From positions 4,944 to 68,943 of the forward strand of contig JAEXFV010000154.1 in assembly GCA_023451115.1 (NCBI GenBank): a DNA stretch of 64,000 nt, written 5' to 3'. The notes under the pieces were generated by a model, which saw only the letters and a program-made list of their open reading frames with translations, made no database searches and was not told where the DNA came from. Shown here one piece after another: positions 29,375 to 37,840 of the stretch; position 1 is the first letter of the stretch, and the number at the start of each line of letters is the position of its first letter. The stretch is from Bacillota bacterium. Lineage in GTDB: Bacteria > Bacillota > Clostridia > Christensenellales > CAG-138. The position numbers and the translations under genes are program-made.

Positions 29375-29524
29375 CCTTGGCCATGCGCCTACCCGGGCGC
29401 AATTTGACAGAAAAAGACAGGGTCGGCAAGCCGCTCCCTGATTTTTTCTTTTTGGAAACGGTAAAAGCATAATTTGATTTCGATTTTTGAAACGATATAT
29501 TGGGGAGTGGATAACCCAGCAGAT

Positions 29525-30358
29525 TTAGCTGCCCTCATGTTTTAATGTGAAAAGGACCAGCTCGGGTGCATTGAACATGCGTAGGGGAAACAGGTTGTTT
29601 CCCAACCCCCGGCTTACTACCATGGTGGTGTGATCTTGCGTATATACGCCGGAGGAATATTGCGGTAAAAAGCCCTGATCCGGCCCGTATAAAGCGCCAA
29701 CCCCAGGAATTCGCACCCCACCGCCATGGACGTGACCGGTAAATACCAGATCAATCTGCGCTTCCCAATAATCCTGCATGTATTCAGGGCGGTGGCATAG
29801 CAGCACCTTAAAAGGTTGCTCCGCTTGCTGGGAAAGCTGGTTTAAGGCAGCCGTAAAGGCGTTTGTATCAGGGAAAAAGGCGGGATCCTGTATACCCAGG
29901 AGGGAAATGGCATCATCGCCCCGGCGCAGCGTCACGTGCCGGTTATCCAGCACAGTAACGCCTGCAGCTTTCAGACGGCTGCGCAGCGTATCGTAAACGC
30001 CGTGCCATGCTTCGTGATTGCCCGGGACATAATATACGGGAGCAATCTCTACCGCGCCCTTGGCGAATAGTATGGTGTACTCCATGGCCTTGCGGTCGAT
30101 CATATCCCCGGTGAGGAAAATATAATCCGGCCTGGCCTGGGCAACCGCTGCTAAAAGACGGCTTTGCCCTTTGCCGAAGCGGTTATTATGCAAATCCGAT
30201 ACCTGTAGGATCCGGCAACCATCAAACCCCTGGGGCAAACGGGGAGAGATGTATTCTAACTCTGTGGTTTCAATCCTGCTGTTGTGCCATATCAATAGGG
30301 CCCAAATTAACATGGCGGAAATCACCGCCACAAGAACTGCTTTTCTCCAACCTGCCAT
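29525..30358 (-). CDS. Membrane-anchored metallophosphoesterase (calcineurin-like, YkuE/YaeI-type)
   Basis: ILQVSDLHNN, FLTGDMID, VPGNHE and GHVHGGG motifs, with an N-terminal TM helix. Start trimmed to ATG 30358 (GGAGGAGG upstream). Confidence 0.8.
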   Translation of the reverse strand: MAGWRKAVLVAVISAMLIWALLIWHNSRIETTELEYISPRLPQGFDGCRILQVSDLHNNRFGKGQSRLLAAVAQARPDYIFLTGDMIDRKAMEYTILFAKGAVEIAPVYYVPGNHEAWHGVYDTLRSRLKAAGVTVLDNRHVTLRRGDDAISLLGIQDPAFFPDTNAFTAALNQLSQQAEQPFKVLLCHRPEYMQDYWEAQIDLVFTGHVHGGGVRIPGVGALYGPDQGFLPQYSSGVYTQDHTTMVVSRGLGNNLFPLRMFNAPELVLFTLKHEGS

Positions 30359-30414
30359 ATCCGTTCCTCCTCCAGACCTTAGGATATACCGGTTGGGCGG
30401 AAGGATGCAAGAGA

Positions 30415-31713
30415 TTACGGAACAGACTGATAAAAGGTTTTTCCATGCTCCGTTGTGGAAAAGGCCCATTGGGCTACAGTGGGCAGCAATTCCCGGTTGC
30501 GCAGCCAAATGGTGTCAAATTCCCGCAGCGGCAGCGGACAGGAACGGGCGCCAATTTCAATGGTGAGGGAAGGAATGCCGCAAACAGAAATGGCCCAATC
30601 CTTGTAACCACCAAAGGATGTGCCGCTATCCGGCTCCAGGGAATATCCTGTGAGGGCGCTGACCTGTTGGCCTAACTGGCCGCTTGCTTCATTGGTAGGG
30701 CTGTTGGGACCGAACTGAGCAAAGATCTCACTGCCCATTGCATGGTAGCTGATCGTAGCGCAAAAAGGATAGCGCCGGGTGTATTCCACCAATGCCTGTG
30801 TTTCGGGCTCGCTTTGCGTTGCTTCTCCCCGCCAGCCTTCGCTGGAAGCTTCTGGCCGGGTGTTTACCCGCTCCCATCCTGCGTCAAAATTGCGGTTTAG
30901 GTCTACCCCATACGCGTTGGCCTTCCACTGGACATAATAAAAGTCTTCCTCTTCGGGCTGCACATAGCCGTGCGCTTGGTCCAGCAAAAAGATGGCTTGC
31001 TGCAACCCTTCCCCCCAGCCCTGTTGGCTAATGTGAACGCCGTCTGGATTTGCCATGGGAAACAGGTGGAAGCACACGCCTTCCAGGGGCTGGCCTTGCA
31101 GCAGCCGTTCCAGTTGCGCCATTACCAAAAGGCTGGTCATGTGCTCTCTGCCATGGATCGACGCCTGCACCAAAATGTGGCATGGGGCCGATTGGTCCCC
31201 TACGATGGCCACGGGGATATCTCTGTTTTGCCGGGAAGTCCCTGCGCTTTCTACCTGAAGCTGAGGGTAGCGGGCACATAATGCTTGCAAATCTTCCAGC
31301 ATTTGAGCGTGCGTATAGGCGTAAACCGGCTGCACAATGTTGCGGCCTGCCAACATATCGTCAGGCGCCATAGGGGCCAGGTATCCTGCCAGCACATATC
31401 CCTCTTGCCCATCCTCCATTCGGATATGGGCAAAGCGTTCTACAAAGTCCAATACTTCAACCTGCGCCCCTTTTACCGCCTTGCCAATGGCGGGGGCCTC
31501 TGGAGACGGCGCCTGGCGCAGGTTTAAATATTCCAGGCAATCCACTCGGCAAAGCAGGGGTGGGGTGGTTTGCTCAGGCCCGGGGGAGAGATGCAAATAA
31601 GGGGTAGGTGATAAAGCAGGCTGCTGTATGCCGGTATGGCCGGTGCACCCCGCCGTGCAGAAAACAAGAAGGACGCTCATGTATATCGCTCCGATCCGCA
31701 ATTGTTTTGTCAT
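30415..31713 (-). CDS. M14-family zinc carboxypeptidase (gamma-D-glutamyl-meso-DAP peptidase-like) lipoprotein with SH3b domain
   Basis: Lipobox FCTAGC. SH3b-like LNLRQAPS...GYVLAGYL. M14 motifs SIHGREH, VDLNRNF and SYHAMGSEI. Start trimmed to ATG 31713 (GGGAGGG upstream). Confidence 0.8.
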   Translation of the reverse strand: MTKQLRIGAIYMSVLLVFCTAGCTGHTGIQQPALSPTPYLHLSPGPEQTTPPLLCRVDCLEYLNLRQAPSPEAPAIGKAVKGAQVEVLDFVERFAHIRMEDGQEGYVLAGYLAPMAPDDMLAGRNIVQPVYAYTHAQMLEDLQALCARYPQLQVESAGTSRQNRDIPVAIVGDQSAPCHILVQASIHGREHMTSLLVMAQLERLLQGQPLEGVCFHLFPMANPDGVHISQQGWGEGLQQAIFLLDQAHGYVQPEEEDFYYVQWKANAYGVDLNRNFDAGWERVNTRPEASSEGWRGEATQSEPETQALVEYTRRYPFCATISYHAMGSEIFAQFGPNSPTNEASGQLGQQVSALTGYSLEPDSGTSFGGYKDWAISVCGIPSLTIEIGARSCPLPLREFDTIWLRNRELLPTVAQWAFSTTEHGKTFYQSVP

Positions 31714-31896
31714 GATGCCCTCCCATATATATGCTGTGGGCAAAAAAAGTGTGCTTTCCGCCCGCTCTGATTGTAACGGATTACGGGCTGTTTTGCAAAA
31801 CCGGTTTTGCTTGACAAGGCAGGATAGATCTTGTACGTTAACTGTGTCTACCCAATGGTTTCGCCAGGGAGAATATTTTGATGGATTTGAGGGAGC

Positions 31897-32616
31897 ATGA
31901 TGCGAGAGCAGGAAGCCCGTAGCGCACTGTTATTGGGCGAAGAGGGTATGAAACGGTTGAACCGGGCTTATGTGGCCGTATTTGGCCTGGGCGGGGTAGG
32001 AGGCCACTGCGTGGAAGCCTTGGCGCGCGCTGGCATTGGCAGGTTGCATCTGGTGGACGCAGATGTGGTGGAGCCAAGCAATTTGAACAGGCAGCTGGTA
32101 GCCACAAAAAATACCCTGGGCTTGCCCAAAACCCAGGCTATGGCCCAGCGGATTGAGGAAGTGGCGGATTGCGCCCTTACCCTGCAGCAAGGTTTTGTGT
32201 TGCCGGAAAATGTGGAACGTTTTTTACCAGAGGGGTTATCCTTTATCGTTGATGCTGTGGATACGGTGTCGGCCAAGCTGGCGTTGGTGAAAGCGGCAAA
32301 TGAAAAGGGATTGCCGATCATTTCCTGCATGGGAGCAGGGAACCGGCTGGATCCTACTGCGTTTTATATTACGGACCTGTTTGCAACCCAGGGCTGCGGC
32401 CTGGCCCGGGTAATGCGCAGAGAGTTGCGGAAAATGGGGATTGGGCAGCTGGACGTGGTATGTTCCAGGGAGCCGGCAGGGAAGCCCTGCATGGCGATTG
32501 CGCAAACCGGGAAAAAACGGCAGACCCCCGGCAGCATTGCCCCGGTGACAGCGGCGGCAGGATTGGCGTTGGCTGGATATGTGATACGGGCCATTGCCTT
32601 GCCGAAAGAAACATGA
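31897..32616 (+). CDS. tcdA: tRNA threonylcarbamoyladenosine dehydratase (ThiF/E1-like, TcdA/CsdL)
   Basis: VAVFGLGGVGGHCVEALARAGIGRLHLVDADVVEPSNLNRQ dinucleotide-binding motif. Size 239 aa. Confidence 0.8.
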   Translation: MMREQEARSALLLGEEGMKRLNRAYVAVFGLGGVGGHCVEALARAGIGRLHLVDADVVEPSNLNRQLVATKNTLGLPKTQAMAQRIEEVADCALTLQQGFVLPENVERFLPEGLSFIVDAVDTVSAKLALVKAANEKGLPIISCMGAGNRLDPTAFYITDLFATQGCGLARVMRRELRKMGIGQLDVVCSREPAGKPCMAIAQTGKKRQTPGSIAPVTAAAGLALAGYVIRAIALPKET

Positions 32617-32776
32617 ACAATTTGTAAAACCCGCCCGTATAAGGGCGAACCCCTTGTTTCCAAAGGGGATGATTGGTAAAGTAATAATAAATTGGGGAGA
32701 ATTTTCACCCCCCAGAAATTGGTTGCTCCCGAGGTTTCGGCCTTTGCCCACCTTTTAGCAGCATTGGAGGAATGAC

Positions 32777-34057
32777 ATGAAACGTATTGTAAGTTGTGTG
32801 TTGACATTGGCGTTGGCCTTTGCGGCCTTGCTGCCTGGAATGGCGCAGGCAAAGGTGATTTCCGGCTATACCAGCAAGGTGGATTATGCGAATACGGATG
32901 CCAACCGCTATCAGATTGACATTGACTTGGTCAACCAGGTAATCACAGTATACGAAAGGGATTCTTCCGGCGCTTATACCAACATTGTCCTCCAAGGGCT
33001 GTGCACCACAGGCAATGCAGAAAATCCCACCGGTGCCGGCACGTTTAAACTGGGGCATTTAAAGGAACGCTTCGGTTACTTTGTTGCGTTTGGCCAGTAC
33101 GCCCAGTATTGGACACAGATTATTCGGGGCATATATATCCACTCCATCATGTACGACAGCAAGGATTTGACCAAGCTGTCCAAAAGTGCCTATAACGGCT
33201 TGGGCAAGGCCTTATCCCACGGCTGTGTACGGGTGCTGCCGGAACATGCCCAGTGGATATTCTACAATTGCCCGCCGGGGACTACCTGCGTGATTTCCAA
33301 AAATCGGGCGCAAAATCCTGCTCTGGTGAAATCGTTGAAGGAGCAGAAACCCAGCTACAGCAGCCTGTATCACATTGTGGATACGAAGGCGGACCCCCCA
33401 ATCTTGACCGCTACGGTAAAAGCCGACAGCGCGCCGGTGCGCACAGGCTTTTCTTCTTCCCGGGACACCACGGTGGTGACATTGGGTTATGGCGAGCAGG
33501 TAAAGCTGCTGCAGATTGGGCCGGACTGGTGTAAAGTGCAAACAGCAAAGGATAAGCTGGGATATATGAAGACCCAGTATTTGCAGTTTGATCCTGATGG
33601 CAGCGATAACAGGGTCACCTATTCCTACATTGCCAGCGAAAATACGGCCTTGTATCAAACTGCCAGCACCAAAGCTGCACAATTGGTTGCAATCCCCAAA
33701 GGCGCAAGCGTCAGCGTAATTGGAACACGGGATAAGTTTTGGTTTACCGCCTATGTAGACGGTCAGTTTGGCTATGTTCGCTCCCGCTATGTGAAACAGA
33801 GCCAAGGCTCGGTTGCATACCCGGAGATCCCCGCGCTGCAAGAGGGGAGTACGCAAATCGGCCAGGGGGGCGCCAACGCCACTATAAAGCAGGGCATTGT
33901 GGCGAACTTCCGCAGCGGTCCCGGCATGGATTATGAGGTCATTGGGGAAATTCAAGAAGGCGTTGCCGTTACGCTGCTGGCTGTTGAAGGCAACTGGTAT
34001 TATGTGGACGTCAATGGCCTTAAGGGTTATATCAGCGCTGTTTGCATTGATTTTTAA
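32777..34057 (+). CDS. Secreted L,D-transpeptidase (YkuD domain) with three SH3b repeats
   Basis: Signal peptide. YkuD catalytic HSIMYD...ALSHGCVRV. Three C-terminal SH3b-like repeats ending in GY.. motifs. Confidence 0.85.
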   Translation: MKRIVSCVLTLALAFAALLPGMAQAKVISGYTSKVDYANTDANRYQIDIDLVNQVITVYERDSSGAYTNIVLQGLCTTGNAENPTGAGTFKLGHLKERFGYFVAFGQYAQYWTQIIRGIYIHSIMYDSKDLTKLSKSAYNGLGKALSHGCVRVLPEHAQWIFYNCPPGTTCVISKNRAQNPALVKSLKEQKPSYSSLYHIVDTKADPPILTATVKADSAPVRTGFSSSRDTTVVTLGYGEQVKLLQIGPDWCKVQTAKDKLGYMKTQYLQFDPDGSDNRVTYSYIASENTALYQTASTKAAQLVAIPKGASVSVIGTRDKFWFTAYVDGQFGYVRSRYVKQSQGSVAYPEIPALQEGSTQIGQGGANATIKQGIVANFRSGPGMDYEVIGEIQEGVAVTLLAVEGNWYYVDVNGLKGYISAVCIDF

Positions 34058-34071
34058 AGAAGTGCACAATT

Positions 34072-34101
34072 AAAAAGGCCGGGCAGTTGCCCGGCCTTTT
34101 T
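34072..34101. terminator. Bidirectional intrinsic terminator
   Basis: AAAAAGGCCGGGC-agtt-GCCCGGCCTTTTT. Confidence 0.8.
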
Positions 34102-34118
34102 AATCAATGGATATGCGG

Positions 34119-34352
34119 TCATGGTTTCCGCTTCTTTTTTGCCGCTAAGTAAGACTTTGCTTCTTCTATGCTGGAAAAGGAAACTTGTTTAGAACAGGCG
34201 TAGGAAACGAAGTCATTCCATTGGGCAAGAGTAAACCGGCTTTCTGGAATGCCTAAAATAAAACCACGGTCCACTTCCCAGTGGCGGGATATTCGCAAAT
34301 CGGATACATAACACCCCATGTATTGGGAAAAATATTCATAAATGTCGTCCAT
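34119..34352 (-). CDS. Hypothetical small protein (77 aa)
   Basis: Track ORF in a low-GC patch, divergent from the XRE regulator. Weak RBS. Lys-rich C-terminus. No family recognised. Confidence 0.4.
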   Translation of the reverse strand: MDDIYEYFSQYMGCYVSDLRISRHWEVDRGFILGIPESRFTLAQWNDFVSYACSKQVSFSSIEEAKSYLAAKKKRKP

Positions 34353-34357
34353 TTTAT

Positions 34358-34376
34358 TTACTCTCTATGTTAAGAA
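34358..34376. repeat. Direct repeat copy 1 in the divergent intergenic region
   Basis: TTACTCTCTATGTTAAGAA. 16/19 identical to the copy at 34404..34422, 46 bp away. Confidence 0.6.
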
Positions 34377-34403
34377 TTGGGCCTATTCCAATCTGTTATT
34401 TGG

Positions 34404-34422
34404 TTACTCTCCATGTTATAAA
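34404..34422. repeat. Direct repeat copy 2 in the divergent intergenic region
   Basis: TTACTCTCCATGTTATAAA. Confidence 0.6.
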
Positions 34423-34485
34423 TCGCTCCCCTTCCAGTATATTATAGGATAATAATCTCATTAAATCAATATTTAAACTATACTC

Positions 34486-34501
34486 CCCTATTTTAATAGG
34501 G
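34486..34501. promoter_or_regulatory. Palindromic operator-like site upstream of the XRE gene
   Basis: CCCTATT-tt-AATAGGG, a perfect 7-bp inverted repeat 47 nt upstream of ATG 34549. Confidence 0.4.
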
Positions 34502-34548
34502 TTATTTTCCAATGGTAAATCAATACTCTATATATTAGAGGTGGTAGT

Positions 34549-34902
34549 ATGGAGTATGATTTGCAATTGATTGGGCAGCGTATTCAAACAGCCCGTAAGG
34601 CAAGGCGATATACCCAGGATTATGTGTCCGCAAGGGCAAACATTGGAGAAAAATTTTTGAGTCAGATTGAATGTGGCAAGGCAGGCCTCTCTGTACAGAC
34701 GCTGATTGCGCTATGCAAAATTTTGGAAGTCAGCCCAAATTACATATTGTTGTCCAATATTCCTGACGAAGGGGATAACCATATCAACACGTTATTAAAG
34801 AAATTGTCCGCCAAGCAATTGCAGGATGCTGAAACCATACTGGAGCTGTTTGTGAAAAACTGCAACAATATCGGGCAAGAAAAAAACATGCAACAGCAAT
34901 AA
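34549..34902 (+). CDS. XRE-family helix-turn-helix transcriptional regulator
   Basis: IGQRIQTARKARRYTQDYVSARANIGEKFLSQIECGKAGLSVQTLIALCKILEVSPNYIL, a classic HTH_3 pattern. RBS GAGGTGG. Confidence 0.8.
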   Translation: MEYDLQLIGQRIQTARKARRYTQDYVSARANIGEKFLSQIECGKAGLSVQTLIALCKILEVSPNYILLSNIPDEGDNHINTLLKKLSAKQLQDAETILELFVKNCNNIGQEKNMQQQ

Positions 34903-34978
34903 ACCGCTGGAGTCCTCTGGATCCAACGGTTTTATTATGTTACTTTTATAGAAGCGCCCCTTATCAGCTCGGGGGGGC

Positions 34979-35152
34979 TTAATGGGTGCGCAACCAGGCC
35001 AAGGCGTACAGGAGGCTTAGAAGCAATTGCAATACGAACAAGCCCCAGCATACGTTTTTGCGCAGGCGATCGTTACGGCGGCGGAAAATATCCACGCCGA
35101 TCAATGGAACAATGGGGATCAAACCCGCACAAAAAAGAAACGCCGCGGTCAT
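34979..35152 (-). CDS. Unlisted small ORF (57 aa), predicted two-helix membrane peptide
   Basis: My own translation is MTAAFLFCAGLIPIVPLIGVDIFRRRNDRLRKNVCWGLFVLQLLLSLLYALAWLRTH. Strong RBS GGAAGGAGAA 6 nt upstream. A hairpin lies just downstream. It is below the ORF-track length cut-off. Confidence 0.35.
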   Translation of the reverse strand: MTAAFLFCAGLIPIVPLIGVDIFRRRNDRLRKNVCWGLFVLQLLLSLLYALAWLRTH

Positions 35153-35408
35153 GTCGGTTCTCCTTCCCTCTCAAAGCACGTTGTTTCCAGGTTGCCTTCC
35201 CCATCAAAGCCCCCGCTTTTCCGTTGGCAGGCAATCAGATAGATTGTTTGTATATATAGGGTAACATGGGGGGCTAACCTGCCACAAGCTGTGGAATGCT
35301 GGAAAATAAAAAGCAGGAAAAACTACGAACGAAAGTTTGCATTATGGTATGCCGTTTGATATAATCGTTACGGTATTATAATAATAAGGAAAAGCAGGAG
35401 GGCCAGAG

Positions 35409-35690
35409 ATGTTTAAGCATGTAGTCTGCCAGAAATTTGCAAACAAAGAGGATGCCCAGGAGGCGGCCCGGATGCTGCGGGCGTTGCCAGAGCAGGTTCC
35501 TTCTTTAATTTCCATGGAGGTTGGCGTCGATGAATTACAAAGCGAGAGGGCGTTTGACCTGGTGCTGATTGCCACCTTTGAAAACGTAGAGGGCTTGCAT
35601 GCGTATGACGTGCATCCTGCCCATGCTGCGGTACGTGCGTTCATCAAGCCCCGGCGGGTGGCTACCTGCTCTGTGGACTTTACCTGTTGA
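35409..35690 (+). CDS. Dabb-family (stress-responsive alpha/beta barrel) protein
   Basis: MFKHVVCQKF...ISMEVGVD...FDLVLIATFENVEGLHAYDVHPAH pattern of Dabb domains. RBS GGAGGG. Confidence 0.8.
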   Translation: MFKHVVCQKFANKEDAQEAARMLRALPEQVPSLISMEVGVDELQSERAFDLVLIATFENVEGLHAYDVHPAHAAVRAFIKPRRVATCSVDFTC

Positions 35691-35737
35691 CGGGGGCCTG
35701 AGCGAGATCCAACCATTGTTGCCGGCGGAGGAGTAGT

Positions 35738-37768
35738 ATGAATACGTTTCAGGTAGTGGCCCCGTACGAACCCCAAGGGGATCAGCCCCAGGCCATCGAA
35801 CTGTTGAGCCAGGGCGTGTTGCGGGGGGATAAAAATCAAGTGCTGTTGGGCGTTACCGGCAGCGGAAAAACCTTTACCATGGCAAAAGTGATTGAGCGGG
35901 TACAAAAACCAACTTTGGTACTGGCGCACAATAAAACCTTGGCCGCTCAGCTTTGTTCTGAATTTAAAGAATTTTTTCCGGACAGCGCGGTGGAATACTT
36001 TGTGTCCTACTATGACTATTATCAGCCGGAAGCCTATATTGCATCTACCGACACGTATATCGAAAAAGTAAGCACCGTCAACGATGAGATTGATAAGCTG
36101 CGGCATAGCGCCACCTGCGCCCTCAATGAACGGCGGGATGTGATCATCGTAGCGTCAGTGTCCTGCATTTATGCCCTGGGAGATCCGGAGGAGTATTTAA
36201 AACTCTCCATTTCCCTGCGCAGGGGGATGGAGATCGACCGGGATGCGGTGATGCGCCGCCTGGTGGATATTCAGTACCAGCGGAATGATTTTGAGTTTGA
36301 CCGGGGCGCCTTCCGGGTGCGGGGGGATGTGTTGGAGATCTTTCCTATGAACTGGTCGGACAAAGCCATCCGGGTTGAGTTTTTCGGGGATGAGATTGAG
36401 CGCATCAGCGAGGTCAACCCGTTAACCGGGGAAATTTTGCTGGACCGTGCCCATGTGGCCGTATTTCCTGCCTCCCATTACGCTACCAGCCGGGACAAGC
36501 TCAACGCTGCCATGGATGAGATTGAGGGGGACATGTACAAGCGCGTGGCGGAATTTAAGGCGCAGGATAAGCTGCTGGAAGCCCAACGCATTGAACAGCG
36601 TACGTTGTATGACCTGGAGATGATGCGGGAAATTGGCTACTGTACCGGCATTGAAAATTATTCCCGCTATTTTGACGGGCGCAAGCCGGGGCAGCCGCCC
36701 TTTACCTTGCTGGACTATTTCCCTGATGATTTTTTGCTGTTTGTGGATGAAAGCCATGTAACGCTGCCCCAAGTGCGCGGGATGTACCGGGGAGACCGGG
36801 CCCGCAAAGACAGCCTGGTAGAGTTTGGCTTTCGTATTCCATCCGCGTATGATAACCGGCCTTTGCAGTTTGAAGAGTTTGCACAGCGCCTCAATCAGGT
36901 GATTTATGTTTCCGCTACCCCCGGGGAATACGAGTTGGGGCTTGCCACCCAGGTGGCAGAGCAAATCATCCGTCCCACCGGCTTATTGGACCCGGAGGTG
37001 ATGGTGCGGCCGGTAAAAGGGCAGGTGGACGACCTGCTGGGGGAAGTACGCCAGATGGCGGAAAAAGGCTATCGGACGCTGGTGACTACCCTCACCAAGC
37101 GTATGGCAGAAAACCTTACGGAATATTTGGATGGAATGGGCGTGCGGGTGCGCTATATGCACAGCGATATTGAAACCATTGAGCGCATGGAGATCATCCG
37201 GGATTTGCGCTTAGGGGAGTTTGATGTGCTGGTGGGCATCAACCTGCTGCGGGAAGGACTAGATCTTCCGGAGGTAGGCCTGGTAGCAATTTTAGATGCG
37301 GATAAGGAAGGCTTTTTGCGCTCCACTACGTCTTTAATTCAAACCATTGGCCGCGCTGCCCGCAATGTGGATGGGCGGGTTATCCTATATGCGGATGAAA
37401 TTACCCCTTCCATGCGGGTGGCTATGGATGAAACACAACGCCGCCGTGCCAAGCAGCAGGCTTATAATCAGGCCAACGGCATTACGCCCCAGAGCATCCA
37501 TAAGGCTGTGCGCAGCGTGCTGGAGATTTCCTCCAAAGTAAGGGATCGGCAACAGGAACTCAGCGGGGAAGAAAAACAGCAGCGTATCGAAATTTTGACC
37601 CAGCAGATGCGGGAAGCTGCCCAAGCGCTGGAATTTGAGGCTGCCGCCAAGCTCCGGGATGAGATGCTGGCACTCAAAGGGGAAGGCGGCGTTGCAGAGG
37701 CGGCGAAAAAGGCTGCGCCGGGTACGGTGGGCAGCAAGCGAAGAGCCCGGGGACGTACCCGCAAATAG
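35738..37768 (+). CDS. uvrB: Excinuclease ABC subunit B
   Basis: [25 protein letters not shown] and a C-terminal UVR motif ([12 protein letters not shown]). Confidence 0.95.
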   Translation: MNTFQVVAPYEPQGDQPQAIELLSQGVLRGDKNQVLLGVTGSGKTFTMAKVIERVQKPTLVLAHNKTLAAQLCSEFKEFFPDSAVEYFVSYYDYYQPEAYIASTDTYIEKVSTVNDEIDKLRHSATCALNERRDVIIVASVSCIYALGDPEEYLKLSISLRRGMEIDRDAVMRRLVDIQYQRNDFEFDRGAFRVRGDVLEIFPMNWSDKAIRVEFFGDEIERISEVNPLTGEILLDRAHVAVFPASHYATSRDKLNAAMDEIEGDMYKRVAEFKAQDKLLEAQRIEQRTLYDLEMMREIGYCTGIENYSRYFDGRKPGQPPFTLLDYFPDDFLLFVDESHVTLPQVRGMYRGDRARKDSLVEFGFRIPSAYDNRPLQFEEFAQRLNQVIYVSATPGEYELGLATQVAEQIIRPTGLLDPEVMVRPVKGQVDDLLGEVRQMAEKGYRTLVTTLTKRMAENLTEYLDGMGVRVRYMHSDIETIERMEIIRDLRLGEFDVLVGINLLREGLDLPEVGLVAILDADKEGFLRSTTSLIQTIGRAARNVDGRVILYADEITPSMRVAMDETQRRRAKQQAYNQANGITPQSIHKAVRSVLEISSKVRDRQQELSGEEKQQRIEILTQQMREAAQALEFEAAAKLRDEMLALKGEGGVAEAAKKAAPGTVGSKRRARGRTRK

Positions 37769-37840
37769 CCCGGTATGCTGATTGCAGGGAGATATACTGG
37801 GCGATAATGGATAAGAAAGGCAAGCAACACAGGAAAACAC

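Noticed and set aside
34986-35264. Plus-strand track ORFs 34986..35264 and 35027..35242
   Set aside because: They have no RBS and Arg/Ser/Pro-rich products. The opposite strand carries a better-supported 57-aa ORF with a strong RBS.
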